DNA of 64,000 bases, taken from the NCBI GenBank assembly GCA_024679065.1, contig JAGIQG010000040.1, positions 5,084,001 through 5,148,000 on the forward strand. Direction: 5' to 3'. Below are positions 1 to 13,376 of this stretch, piece by piece; within the stretch, counting starts at the first letter, position 1, and the number at the start of each line of letters is the position of its first letter. The translations under genes were made by a program, and so were the position numbers. This DNA is from Sphyrna mokarran. Its lineage: Eukaryota. A model generated the notes under the pieces. The model did no database searches. It was not told the origin of the DNA and worked only from the letters and a program-made list of their open reading frames with translations.

Positions 1-3000
1 GAACAAGAGAGAATAAATATGTGTGTGTTTTTGTCTATGTGTGTTAACTGGAAAACGTCATAATGTTTACATGTCAATTCCACAATGATAACCAGCATCC
101 GTCATTTACAATGCAAGTTTAAAGAAACAGTAAACATATCAATTTCAGAACGGTTTCTTTTTCATCTGTTCCCTTTATTGATGACTGAGGAGAAAAAAAT
201 TTGAGAGGCTGATTTTGTTACAAAAGTTGCACATGGAGCTACAATTATGGTTGTATCTTGTTGTTTTGTGTGTCGTGAATGGGATTAAGTAATTATGATG
301 GAGAGCGAATTTTCCCCAAATATTGTAGTTCATGCCACCAGTCTCGAATGTCTTGATGGGATTGACAAAGGTAAAGGTGAGTACATAAGGCATATGGAGC
401 AGACATTTTTCCAGAATCAATCTTCCATTACAAACACAACACTGTGCTTCAGGGTAATCTGGGTCTTCAAGCAGTTGAAAGTTTTAAAATGTAATACTGG
501 CAAATGCCTTTCCCGTGATGCTATGATGGAGATATATCTGTAGTTGTTGCAGTGTCATCTACCAGATTTGTTTTCAGATAGTGTGAAGTTTTGAATCTCC
601 TGTGGAACGGATCCTATCTCCCAGCAAAGAGAACGTCATAAATGTTCAGAAAATTGGTATTTATTTTCACCAATTGCATTTATTAACAAAGTTGCACTAT
701 TCTGTTCTCCAGTTATCATCCATTCACAAACATCAATATATTTAAGATTTAATTAAAGCGATGTGGCCATTACTGGCTTGGTCAACATTTGTTGTGCTTC
801 GTAAGCTGATGGTGAACAGCCTTCTTGAATTGCTGCAGAGCCTGTGCTGTAGGTATACACAAAAGCTGTTACAGAGGGAGTTCTATGATTTGACCCAGCG
901 ACAGTGAAGGAAGGACGATATACTTCCAAGTCAGGTATATGAGTTTATAAGTGATATTGCCAGGTAACTGTTACTCCTGTCCTTCCAGGTGGTAACTGTT
1001 GTGTGGTTAGAAGTGCTGTCTAAGGAGACTTGGTGAGTTTCTGAAATGAACCTTGTAGATGGTACATAATGTTGCTATTGTTTGTCGGTGGTGGAGGGAG
1101 TGAGCATTTCCAAATACTGTGCCAGTTAAGCCGGCCACTTTGTCCTGAATGGTATAAAGCTTAAATGTTGTTTGAGCTGCACTCATTCAAGCAAGTGGAG
1201 GGAACCCTATGACACTCCTGATTTATGCCTTGCAGGTAAGGTGTGGGGAGTTAGGAGGTGGGTTACTCATAGCATACTGATCTGATATTCCACCGGCGTA
1301 GTTATATGTCGAGTTAATGCAGCGATTAGCAATGGTAACTCCGATAATGTTTATATTGGATGATGCAGCATCGCAATATCATTGAGAGAGAAGGGGCAAT
1401 GGGTAGATTCTCTCTTTTTGGAGATTGTCATTGCCTGTTGCCAATATTAACAATCATCTTAAATTCACAAAATAAATTAATATTTCACCAATTATTGTAA
1501 GGCATTTTATTTGATACAAACATAACTGCAGTTTATTTAATATAATTTATTGACATTCAAATGTATTGAGATCACATTGGCCTTTCTGTCACCAAAGAAT
1601 CACATCTGCCCCAGAATTCAGCGGAAAATTGAAATGAATCAGACCAAATAGTAACAGGTACCGAGCAGCCTCTGCGTTTTATTAACAAATATTCACTTCA
1701 TGAACACACAGAAACTCCTGATATACGTATGTGTGACCATTTTTAAAATGAATGTATAACTGGAAGTATCTGTATCTAATGTGAATTTATAGAAGCTTAA
1801 GATCCTGATTCACTTTCACACAGTTCTGCCAAGTAATTAAAACTTTAAGTTGCCCAGGCAGTTCCATAACATTTTAATTGCCACATTTTTTGTTTTTTAG
1901 CCCGTTATCTTTACACTAATTTGGATGATGATCTGTTGAGCGATTTGTTGCTCTAGGAGGGCCACATGTTCCAAATATTACAATCTGCCCTCATCAACCT
2001 AATCATGTTCCCTCATTCCATCTTGGATTTGAAGATTCGCCATCAGCAGGGGAATAATATCGGCTTACTCTTACTGAGCTTCATTTCATTTGTTCCCGAT
2101 ATCCCGGGGATGGAATTCAGCGAGAAAATCTGGAAGGACTAAACGTTATGGACTGACACAATTGTAATAAAGGACAAACTTCGATTTTTGAAGTAGTAAA
2201 ACACAAGTATGAGAATGTAGAACAACAAGTTTCAGAACCAGCTACCGTCACATCCATCAATCCATTCACTGATTCCTCAAACAAAACATTCAGGCGTCCA
2301 ACCATTGTTCATCCCTGCATCAACACAAGCAATTATTTTACCTTTTGTGTAGATGATGGCACAATATTAATGCCAATGGGCCAGTAATCCAGAAACCCAG
2401 GCCAGTGATGTGGCAACACGAAATTAAATCTGATCATGGCAGTTGGTGGAATTTGATTTCAACCAATAAATCTGGGTTCATATCGACAGCGACCAGATAA
2501 ATGACTCTGATTCCCTAGTCAAGGAAATCTGCCATCCCTACCCGGTCTCACTATTGTGTGACTCCAGACGGATAGCAATATCCGTAACCAGTCAATGTCT
2601 TCTGAGATACCGAGCACACCACTCAGTTGAAAACAAATTAAGCACAGAAAATAAATATTGGTCTTTCCAGAGACTCCCATATCCCATGGAAGAACAAAAT
2701 GAAATAAAACACAAGCACACATGTTTATGTAATATAAAATATATCACCCCTCTGGATCAACTTTCATAATCTGCCTGTATTTATTTCTATCCATCGATCA
2801 CTGTGTTTTGTTGTGTTGGAGAGATCATCATTGTTGCTAACAAGTTGCCAGAGAAGCTGGATAACTTTCTTTTCCTAAGAAATGTCAAGCATTCATATAG
2901 GTTTACAACTTTAAAAAAATAATTATGTTGCCTCCAGTACTGTTGCTGGGCAGATTTGTGTATTAATAGGCCTCATTGACAATGCTAAGAGTTTGAAGTT

Positions 3001-3989
3001 GACTTGCAGCCAAGTGCTCAGTACTGAGAAAACAGATCTTTGAGTTTCTGAACAAACACCCTCAGTGTTTCCTGTAAATATCTTTGGGTAGTTGGCAGCA
3101 GGTTGGACTGATGCCAAATACTGCGTGGGACAGATTAATGTGAAAATGTAAGGATAAAATGGGACTTAACCAGTTATACAATAAATGCTTGATTCCCACA
3201 AGAAAGGCACATTTTAGATAGGATTCATTCCAAATAAATATTTTAAATCATTGCACTGTTCATTATGTGATCGGAAACTATTAAATTGGCAAGGTGCTAT
3301 TTCATTTGTATGACTTCGAAATAAATGTCCTTCCAACAATTAAATCCACTTTGTGAGAAATTTCATGAAGTGCACGAAAGAGATTTTGATGTCCCCAGTC
3401 CCTCAGTCCAATAAGATCAGTATAATGGCCCAAAAATAAAAATAAAAGAAAGTCATATAACTGCTTTGAACAGTGCGGATTCCTGGAATATTCTCAGTCT
3501 TCTGCCCCTCATTAAAAAGATTCTTATATCTGAATAGCACCATGTTCTGTTGTGCAGCAGAATCTGATTCGATTATTTAACTGTGCCTCTCAGAGCTGCC
3601 AATCTGTGAAGAAATAATCACTTCATAACCTGGTTCAGTGGAAGATTAAACATTTACTCTTGTGATATTGTGCAATATGCTGCAAAGTCTTGATGTCCTG
3701 TGCCCTCACTACAGTGAATGTTCGACAGCCGGTGGCCAATAAAATAAGCTGCAATGATTTGGATGTTGATGGAGAACTTGCCTGATCGCTGATCCCGTTC
3801 TGATTCATTAAATTCTCTGTCAGAAGTCAATTTCAATTTTATGTTTCTCTGTCAACTCAATTAATTATACGTCAACCAGATTTCTTTCACGTTAATATTC
3901 ACAGGGTTAGGAAGATGTTGGAGAAAATATAAGATTGTCTCATTGTAACATTGTCTCATATGAGGATTTTATTTTCTGAATTCATTCGT

Positions 3990-4280
3990 GGGCGCCACGG
4001 TGGCATAATCGTTAGCACTTCTGCCTCACAGGGCCGGGGAACCCGATTCAATTCGCGGTTTGAGTCTCTGTGGAGTCAGCACATTCTCCAATTGTCTGCC
4101 TATTTACTCTTACGGGCCAAGGATGTGCTGCTGAAGGTGATTGGCGATGATAAATTGTCCCATGGTGTCAAGGGCATTAGCAGGCAATTAGCAGGGTGAT
4201 GGGTATGGGGCCTGGATGGGAATGGTGTCGGTGTGGGCCCGATAGGCCAAATGGCCTCCTTCTGCTCCGTAGGGATTCAA
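3990..4280 (+). mobile_element. tRNA-derived V-SINE (HE1-like), degenerate
   Basis: GGGCGCCACGGTGGCATAATCGTTAGCACTTCTGCCTCACAG head, TGTGGAGT..CACATTCTCC V-domain remnant, and CR1-like 3' tail GGGCCGATAGGCCAAATGGCCTCCTTCTGC. Confidence 0.75.
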
Positions 4281-4299
4281 TGAACATGGGCACCGCTGG

Positions 4300-4608
4300 A
4301 TGATCAGCATTTATTGCCCACCCTTTGTCGGAGGGCAGTTGAGAGCCAGCCACATTGCTGTGGCTCTGGGATCACATGTAGGCCAGAACAGGTAAGAACG
4401 GCAGATTTCCTTCCCTACAGGACATTACTGAACCAAATAGGTTTCTACACAATCGACAATGAGTCAGAAGTAGATTCTTAATTCCTGACGTTTTTATTGA
4501 CTTTAAATTCCACCATCTGCCGTGTGCAGGATTTGAAGCCGGATTCTGAAAACATTAGTTGAGTTTGTGGATTAATTGTCTAGCGATAACACTAGGCCAT
4601 TGCTTCTC
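4300..4608 (-). mobile_element. Deu-SINE (SacSINE1-like) remnant
   Basis: Contains CCACATTGCTGTGGCTCTGG..TCACATGTAGGCCAGA..GGTAAG..CGGCAGATTTCCTTCCCTA and TTAAATTCCACCATCTGCC. Related decayed copies lie at ~2350-2690, ~10660-10990 and ~25500-25740. Family assigned from recalled consensus. Confidence 0.55.
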
Positions 4609-5392
4609 TTCTCCTTATATCCAATACCAAATTACACAGATAGCTATCCACACCTGAAATACGATTATCCCAGAATGTAGTTACATAAACCGATAATAAT
4701 GTTATAATTTTGCTGCAATGTGTTGGAAACACAGATCGACAATGAGTCAGAAGTAGATTCTTAATTCCTGACGTTTTTATTGACTTTAAATTCCACCATC
4801 TACCGTGGAGCCTGATGTCTTTACCCTAACAAGTTAATGTCATCTTGTTTTTGTCTATTCCCTTGTGAAGGCCTGCAGAAATGAAGAGAGTTAACTTACA
4901 ATGAAATTGTTTTTTGTTTATAACAGATGATCAATTTCACCTCTGGGATCAGCAGAGACATTACAATGGATCGCAATCTTACTGCCTCAGTATTAGTCTG
5001 TCTCTGGAATGTTCCAGTGTCAGCAATCAATTCATCGGGAGTAATCCTCTGTGCTTTGAATGAATTTTATTTGCTTTAATTTGATTTATTATTATCACAC
5101 ATTTTAGGACACCGGGAATGTTATTGTCTCTTGCGCACTATACAGACAGATCATACCACACAAAGGGAAGGAAGAGAGAGATACAGAAGGTAATATTGCA
5201 GTCATAGCTAGGGTGTAGAAAAAGATCGAATTAATGCGAGGTAGGTTCCTTTAAAATCTGATTGCAGCAAGAAAGAAGTTTTTTTTTTATTCAGTTTGTA
5301 AATGTCCTCAGGATTTTGTATCATCGCGATGCAGAGAGTATGTCCGGGGTGCATACGTTCTTTTTCTGTGTTTTTCTTTCATATTTTAAAAA

Positions 5393-5519
5393 GTGTCTAA
5401 TCGGAGGTTGTGTTGACTGAGCCAGAGGCAGAAACCGGGCGTCCCTGAGGCTCCCTGGGAGTGACCTGTAAAACGTTCATCATTGGCAACAACTGGATGT
5501 CTGAGTCTGACAGGTTACT
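5393..5519 (+). pseudogene. IGHV: Truncated IgM VH pseudogene (leader end-FR1-CDR1-start of FR2)
   Basis: GTGTCTAATCGGAGGTTGTGTTGACTGAGCCAGAGGCAGAAACCGGGCGTCCCTGAGGCTCC aligns to the functional VH at 13033, with in-frame stops (TAA, TGA). It continues ..TCK..FIIGNNWM..VxQV and is then cut by a SINE/LINE. A VH intron remnant lies at ~5019-5060. Confidence 0.9.
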
Positions 5520-5524
5520 AACAG

Positions 5525-5865
5525 AATATAGAATCCCTACAGTGCAGAAGGAGGCCATTCTGCCCATCGAGTCTGTACCGACCACAATCCCACACAGGCC
5601 CTATTCCCATATGCCTACATATTTACCCGCTAATCTCTCTAACCTACGCATCTCAGGACTCTAAGAGGCATTTTTTTAGCATGGCCAATCAACTTAACCA
5701 GCACAACTTTGGACTGTGGGGGGAAACCGGAGAACCCGGAGGAAACGCACCACAGACACCAGGAGAATGTACAAACTTCACTCAGACAGTGACCCAGGCC
5801 GAGAATCGAACACAGGTCGCTGGAGCTGTGAAGGGACTGTTAAACACTGTCCAACGTGCCGCCCA
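5525..5865 (-). mobile_element. V-SINE (HE1-like)
   Basis: Reverse-complement pattern AGAATCCCTACAGTGCAGAAGGAGGCCATT ... GGAAACCGGAG.ACCCGGAGGAAAC ... CGTGCCGCCC. Confidence 0.8.
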
Positions 5866-5866
5866 C

Positions 5867-6690
5867 GAACATAAGAAATAGGAGCAGGAGTCGGCCAACT
5901 AGCCCCTCGGGCCTTCTCCATCACTAAGGTCATGACCAATCTTTTTGTGGACTCAGATCCACTTCTCAGCCCACACACCATAACCGTTAATTACTGTTCA
6001 GAAATGTATTTTTCCTTGTCTGAAAAACATGCAATGAGGTGACCACAACCGTTTCACTGGGCAGAGAATTCCACAGATTCACAATCCTTTTTGTGAAGAA
6101 TTTCCTCCTCAACTGAGTGCTAAATCTGCTCCTCCTTATTTTGAGGCCAAGTTCCCTAGCTCCGGTTTCACCTGCCAGTGGATACAAATTCTATACTTCT
6201 ATCTTATCAATTCACTTCCCAATATTATATGTTTCTATAAGATTCTCCCGGCATTCAATGACTATATGTTCTTCATTTCCAGTTATTACATTCCCCTTCT
6301 AATCCTCTAAAGGACCAATGTTTACTTTAGCTACTCTTTTTGCTTTGCTTTATATATCTGTAGAAACATTTGCTCTCTCTTTTTATATTCTAAGCTAGTT
6401 TACTTTAATCATCCATCTTCCTTCTCCTTATACCTTTTTTCGTGGCTTTTTGTTGACCATTAAAGATTTCTAAATGCTCTATTTTCCCACTAATCTTTGC
6501 CGCTTTGTATGCATTTTCTTTCAATTTGATAACTTTTATTTCCTTAAATATCCATGGCTGATTATCTCTTTTTCCACAGTCCTTCCTTATCACTGGTATA
6601 TACATTTGTTAAACACTGTGAAAGATTGCTTTCAAAGTCCTCCACTGTTCCTCAATTATCCCACCATAAAGTCTTTGCTTCCAATGTACC
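5867..6690 (-). mobile_element. CR1-type LINE fragments
   Basis: 3' tail GAACATAAGAAATAGGAGCAGGAGT. Minus-strand peptides FFTKRIVNLWNSLP and QPWIFKEIK resemble CR1 ORF2. Confidence 0.8.
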
Positions 6691-7479
6691 TGGATATTTC
6701 ACACATCAGATCTGTTTGTATTAACTTGTCTAGTTTAAACAGATTAAATCATCAACCAAATTGTCATTAGATTGATATCTGCCAGTTTATGTTTTGTGAC
6801 ATTCAGAACAAATTCTGAAATAGAGTGTATTATTTTATTTAAAATAAACAATATATTGTGTAATGTATGTTCAAAAAGTTTCTATTAATTTTGAACCAAC
6901 TGTTAATATGCTTAAAATAAACGCTACTTTGAGTTGAAACTAATCAATAAGTGACGGTTTATGGTTTTGCTGCCATGAACATTTTATTGTAAACAGTGAG
7001 GTGTTTATGTAAATAAATACAGAAATAGAAATCCCAGATTAGACTGTTGACGGACAAAAACACAACAAATATTTCCCCACCAACACAGTTTAGAAATAGA
7101 GATAAACATGCAAATCAATCAACGGATTCCAATAATGATTGTTTTCCAATTTTATCGAAAGTTATGATTTTAAGTTACATGAGGAAATGTTTATTATATC
7201 TGTGTCCAATTCGGAAAAAAATCCCTCTGATCCCGAAATCTAATGACACGGCAAATATTCATTGAAATTTCCTGTTTTATCTCTCTGTCTTCCTCCTGTT
7301 TGTTTCAGTGTCTTATCTCCCCACAATCGTTCATCGCCTTCACTCCACAACATGAAGTCAGTGTCTACCCGATGTGTTCTCTCAGCCAGAGTTATAGATT
7401 TCTAAAAGAATTTATTTCAATGAATATGAATCTGTGAAGGAGCTTAATTCTAAAAGATTGCTTGAAAATTCTGTGATCT

Positions 7480-9480
7480 TGCAATGTTTGATACATCCTC
7501 CTCTGTATCTAACCCCGGCTGAACCTGGTGATAAGGATTTGATGCGGCAGTACCAAAGGATCTTTCCCCATATTTAGCCGCTGCTGTCCCTGTCCTTGGA
7601 ATATTTGACTGGGCAAAGTCGAGGAATATTTACTCTGCATCTAAACTCACTGCACCTTTCTTTTGAATGTTTGATATGACTTTGTCAAGGAAGATTTAAT
7701 GCCTATCTCATCTCTGCTGTACCTGACCGGGGTGTGTGTTTATGGCACTATGTAGACGGCTCTTGCCCCTGTACCGAACATCAATTTAAATCTGCCTCCC
7801 GAATCTATAAAGGAATTGTGCAGAAGATGTTTTACGTAGAAGAGAATTCATGCTTTTTCTGCCTTCATTTTGTTTGAGCAGTCTTTGTAGAGGGAGTTTC
7901 ACTCTCTTTCTGGATAGTATAGTGTTCCGGGAATATTTGATTTGGATAGAATAGAGGGAGATTCACTTTGTATATAACTCATGCTATTCCTGCCTTGGGA
8001 AGGTTTAATTTGACAATGCAAGGGAACTTTGCATTCTGCTGCTAACTCCATGTTACTCTTGTCCTGTACGTTTTTGATGGACAGTCGGCCGTCTCTACAA
8101 ATTTCATGGGGATTGAACCTTTATATTGCAGTAAATTTACTCTGTGTCAGTTTATATCATGATGCCATGCCTTTGCTTACTTTTCACTCGAACCGAACTA
8201 TTTTAATATTGCACATAAAATATTATATTGCCTGTTTCTACTCATATTAAACTGGATATTTTAGCTGTTTATACTAAATTAGACGCTATCCCTTTTTACG
8301 TTACCATGTTTCTGTTTCTATTAAGCTCGACGTTGCCTCTGTTTATATTAATATAGACCTGTCTCTGTTTGCATTAAACTAGATGCAGTCTTATTTCTGC
8401 AATTGAACCTTTACACGTTTATTATTCATTGGACATGGTCTCAGATTTTACTGCACTGGACAATGCCAGTAATGAGGAAAGTTGTTGGGGGAAATACAAC
8501 TCTCTGCATCCTTCTCAAAATGCAAACTTTATGAGGTTCTGGGCGCTGGAAAAGAAGGACCGATATCTGAAATCTACTTCTGGCTGACTGCATTGAAAAT
8601 GGATACCAAGTCCAGTGTAGCATGCACTGTCAATAAAGAACAAAAACAAAGAGAATTATTGCACGGGGAAAAGTCTGTCAGTCCTACAAGACTGCACCAA
8701 CCAAATACAGTCGATCCAATACTGCCCATTTCTGGATCCTGCCTGATAACAATGTTTTTATACCAATATATTACCTGTTTTTCTCGGTGAACAGTATAGT
8801 AATACAGACATAATTCAAACAGGGCTATAGTTAAGTGCAGGAATAGCACTGACACAGTCTGGTGAAATAAACACAAGGTGGGCATCAAATATTACATATC
8901 CAGGGAGAATATCTAGTGCAATATAAACTGAGTTCTGGTGTAGCAGAGTATTAACAGGACCCAGACTGTATTTTAATATAAACAGGGACCTGATCCAACA
9001 GAATAGAAATGAGTTAGTGCCGACTGCCATGTGGGGATGGTTAAATGCCAAATTTCAATGACACCCACATCCCATGAAAGAAATATTTTTTTAAGAAATG
9101 ACATTGTCAAAGGAAAAGAAAACTGAGACAGTGTCTGGCACAGTTGTACTGATATAGGAGCTTGTGCGATATGAACTGAGACAGCGCCGAGTAATTAATG
9201 ATACTGGACCGAGATTTATATGAGATGGAGCGAAGCGCATTAGTAATAATTACTGACACTGGGCAGAGACGGGTTTAAACTGAGACAGAGTCCAGTGCGT
9301 TAGTGATAATTACTGATACAGTACCTTGACTGATATAAACTGAAACAGAGCCCACTTTATTCATAGTAATTGTTGATACAGGCTCTAGACTGATACACAA
9401 TGAGATTCGGATAATACAGCAGTTAGGAGGTATTGAAAAGTATAACAAAACTGAGACATGACATAGTTTTAAATAATCAA
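7480..9480. repeat. Degenerate minisatellite arrays (~55-bp unit at 7480-8160; ~29-bp unit at 8180-8470 and, inverted, at 8790-9480)
   Basis: Recurring TTTACTCTGTATCTAAC..TGCTG..CCTG..GTTTGAT units, and recurring ATAAACTGAGACAG units. Confidence 0.55.
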
Positions 9481-12400
9481 ATACATGGATTGGTACATCA
9501 TTAACTTAAAAAGGACCTAGATTATTAAAATCTAATGAACTATTAACAAAATAACTGTGACAGAACCATGTGTAATGCATGGAGACAATATTTCCAGTTT
9601 AGTATACAGTGGTAAATGTTCTGAGGGAGTAAGAATTAAGACAAGGCCTCCTGTCAGATTAGCAGAGACGTGGCTAAGTGCAGCCATAATTTAGAAATTA
9701 GTATATTAACAGGATCTGTGCCTCACATATAGACAGCTGATATTCAGCTGAGTGCAGGAAAAAAAACTTAGATAGGTTTTGCTGGAATGTGATCCGTGCA
9801 GAGCCAAGTGTAACACAGACAGAGTCAGAGGCGAGTTGAATATAAGCAGAGATATGATATGTTTAACATGACTTCATGGTATTTTGACGTCACTAATAAA
9901 GTCAACTTTTGTTGCCAAACCATAATTTGAGAATGTGGTGGCAAGATTTGGAAAGCTGATGGGTGGAGTGTCCTTCGAGACAGCTACTTCTTCCAGAATG
10001 GCATTGAACTTTTTGAGTGGCACAAGTTAGGCAAGTAGAGAATATTCAACCATCTGTATTTGAACAGACTTGGTGGTAAAAGGGCCTGTTCATGTTTTGC
10101 ACGGTTCTTTGTTTATAACTCCTCACTTTTACCTTGTAGAGGATGGATAGAGTTTGGGAATTCACTAATTTGAGTGAGGACATGTTGAGTGATTTGTTCT
10201 ACGTGAATGAACCGCATGTTTCAAACATTACAGACGTCATTCCTCAACCTAATAGTGTTCACTTTTTTATCTTGAATATGAAGATTCAGCATCAGCAGAG
10301 AAATGAACCATCTGAACTGCAGGAATATCTCATCCTTCTCTTCGTGAGGATCAGCTTGCGAACTCTGGATAAACTCGGGATGGATTTCGCCCAGACACTC
10401 TGGAACAATTGGAGATATTAGACTGACACAAATGGAATAAAGGAGCTGATTCAACTTATGAAATAATCAAGCACAAATATGGGAATGTAGAGTAGCATCT
10501 TTGAAAGCCATCTATCAATGCATCAATCAATCCATTCACTGATTTCTCAATCAAAATATTCAGGCATCAAACTGTCATTCATCCAAACATTATTCATTCA
10601 AATGTCATTCATTCCTGTATCAACACAGTGATACATCTATTGTTTGTGTAGATTGTGGCATAATATTAAATTAATTGATCCAGTGATTCAAAGGCCCAGG
10701 ACAATAATGTGAGGACAGGGAATTAAGTCGAGCCATTGCAGCTGGTAGAATTTGAATTCTATTAATAACTCTTGAATAGATACTAATGGCGACCATTGGA
10801 ACATTTCTGATTATCTAGTGGAAGAAATCTGCCATTGCTACCTGGTCTCCCAAGGATGCCACTCCAGACGGACAGCAAAATAGCTGACTTTTCAATATCT
10901 TCAGAAGTAACCGAGAAAACTAGTCAGTTCAGGAGAATTTGGGATAGGGAAAAAGTGCTGGTCTTTCCAACCAAACATCGCATGGAAAGATAATGGGAAA
11001 GACATTACAAACATACATGCTTCTGTATCATCTCTCTGGGACATCTCTCAGTTTACCTGTAATTTTTCTATCCATCTATCACAATATCTTGATTTGTTAG
11101 AAAAATCATCATTGTTGCTAACAGGGTGCCAGAGAAGCTGCATGAATTTCCTTTCTTTAGAGATGGAAAAAAAATTACCCAGATTTACAATTTTAAAAAC
11201 TTAAAGTGTCTCCAGTACTGTTGCTGGGCAGATTTGTTTATAAATAGGCCTCATTGACAATATGAAGGGTTTTAAGTTGGCTTGCAGCCAAGCACTCAGT
11301 ACTGAGGAAACAGATCTTTGATCTGCTGCACAAACACTCCCAGATGCTTCCTGTCAATAACTTTGGACATTTGGCAGCAGCCTGGATTGCTGCCAAATAC
11401 TGTGAGGGACGGATTAGCGTGAACCTGGATGGACAAAATGAGGTTCAGCCTTTTAAACAATGAATGTTTCATTCCCACAAGACAGGCGCATTTTAAGCTG
11501 TCATCATTCCAATCAAATATTTTCATTCAATGTCCTGTTCATTATGTGAGTAAATAGAATCGCAAAACAATAAATTGACCAGATGATTTCTCATTTGAAT
11601 AACTTCCAAATAAATGTCATTCCAATAATTAAAGTATGTTTATTAACCACTTCATGAAATGCGAGAGAGATGTTGATGATCCCAGTTCCCCAGTCAACAG
11701 AGAGCAATGGCCAAAAATGCATGGAAATAATTTTAAAAGAACATCATAAAACTGACATGAATAGCGAGGATTCCTGGAATATTCTGAAAGTTCTGTATCT
11801 CATTTAAACAGCACCGTCTCTTGTACCTGATTAGCACCGTGTTCTATTGTACAGTCTAATCTGATTTCCATTATTGGAGAATTCGTCTCCTAGCTGCCAG
11901 TGAGTGGAGAAATGATCAATTCATAACCTTATTCAATGGAAGATAAAACATTTATTCTTGTGATATTGTGCAATGTGCCGCAAAATCCTGATATCGTGTG
12001 TTACCAATGTTAGATAGCCAGTGGCCAATAGAGTGAACTGCAATGATTTGGATGCTGAAGGAGAACTTTAATGACCTCAGTGTCCGTTCCAATTCATGAA
12101 CTTCTCTGTCAAAAGTCGATGTTAATTTTATGTTTTTCGGACAACTCGTTACTTAATTATCAGAGGGCAGGATTCTTATTATTTTCAAAAGGCTGACTTC
12201 GAGATTGGGGCAGTTTGACAAATATGAGGAGAAACATTGTATTGTGAGAGTTTCTTCTCATCTCCAAACCCATCTTGTTCAGTGATAGTCATCCACACTG
12301 TAAATAAAATCACTTTGTTCATCCCCCTCTTTTAGTTACAGAAATCGATAACAATTCTTCTAATAAATTATGCTTTATTATTGTAATGTGACAGAGACCA

Positions 12401-12689
12401 AGAATTGTTGCAAAATAGACTGACGGTCTCCTTATTTTTTTGAAAATATTATTTCATCATTTTTAGATTTGTGTTCTTGTTAGGAGCGTGGTAATAAAAG
12501 CACCATATTTACAATGGAATTAATTTTAAACAAATAAAGATATGATGAAATGCAATATCACCAATAGAAACAATGCAGACATTACAATGAACATATCCAG
12601 CCAAACACTATCCCGATACAGATAAAATGTCCATTTTAATATTAACCTATTATAAATCTGGGAGTCTGTTCTGTTGGGGTTGTGGAAGG

Positions 12690-12864
12690 TGGGACGTGGA
12701 TCGAGTCGCCGCCTCCAGCAGGGAATCAACAGGCGGCGCCCGGAAAGCCGCCCCCTTCTGCCGGGTATTTAAATACCGCTCACTGGGACCGCAATCCAAC
12801 AGTCCGGGAGTTGGTTTGTTCACTGAGTTCCTGACACAAACATTTCTCCCAAATCACCAGAAAG
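12690..12864 (+). promoter_or_regulatory. VH promoter: GC-rich block and palindromic TATA-like box GGTATTTAAATACC (12764-12777)
   Basis: TATA-like box about 90-100 nt upstream of the leader ATG. No perfect ATGCAAAT octamer in 12500-12864. Confidence 0.6.
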
Positions 12865-12910
12865 ATGAGGTCAGCGATTTCTCTCAGTTTGTTGCTGACT
12901 TTCCTATCCG
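12865..12910 (+). CDS. IGHV: IgM VH leader exon (MRSAISLSLLLTFLS-G)
   Basis: ATG at 12865, hydrophobic signal peptide, phase-1 donor G/GTGAGT at 12910/12911. Confidence 0.95.
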
Positions 12911-13032
12911 GTGAGTAACTTTTCTTTGTAATTGTCCCAAGTCTCTCACTGTTACTATCTCAATCTTTGTTGCAAAGTCAGCAATCAGTTCACCAGGATT
13001 AATCCTCGGGGTTTTTTGATCTATTTTTCTAG

Positions 13033-13337
13033 GTGTCCAGTCGGAGGTTGTTTTGACTCAGGCAGAGGCAGAAACCGGACGTCCCGGAGGCCCCCTGACC
13101 CTGACCTGTAAAACCAGCGGCTTCGATCTTAGCAGCGCTTACATGCAATGGGTCCGACAGGTTCCCGGACAGGGGCTGGAGTGGCTGCTTTATTACTATA
13201 GTTCATCCAACAACAACTACGCCCCAGCGATTAAGGGTCGATTTACTGCGTCCAAAGACACTTCAAACAACATCTTCTCATTGAAGATGACGAGCCTGGA
13301 GACCGAAGACACCGCCATCTATTACTGTGCAAGAGAC
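13033..13337 (+). CDS. IGHV: IgM heavy-chain V exon, intact germline
   Basis: Acceptor TTTTTCTAG. Translation [53 protein letters not shown]...[11 protein letters not shown] has the canonical Cys/Trp/DxAxYYC motifs of shark IgM VH. Confidence 0.98.
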
Positions 13338-13376
13338 CACAGCGAGAGGAACCAGGGATGGACCCGGACAAGAACT
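13338..13376 (+). other. VH 23-RSS
   Basis: CACAGCG (13338-13344), 23-nt spacer, ACAAGAACT (13368-13376). Confidence 0.93.

Larger units (their letters stand above)
1..6132 (+). repeat. Segmental duplication copy A (paralog of 56981-64000)
   Basis: Window start GAACAAGAGAGAATAAATATGTG recurs at 56981. Colinear high identity continues to AATCTGCTCC (6123-6132 = 63991-64000). The ORF track shows near-identical peptides (e.g. 2923-3117 vs 59912-60106). Confidence 0.97.

Noticed and set aside
7108-7115. Perfect octamer ATGCAAAT
   Set aside because: 5.7 kb from the VH leader in AT-rich DNA; expected by chance.
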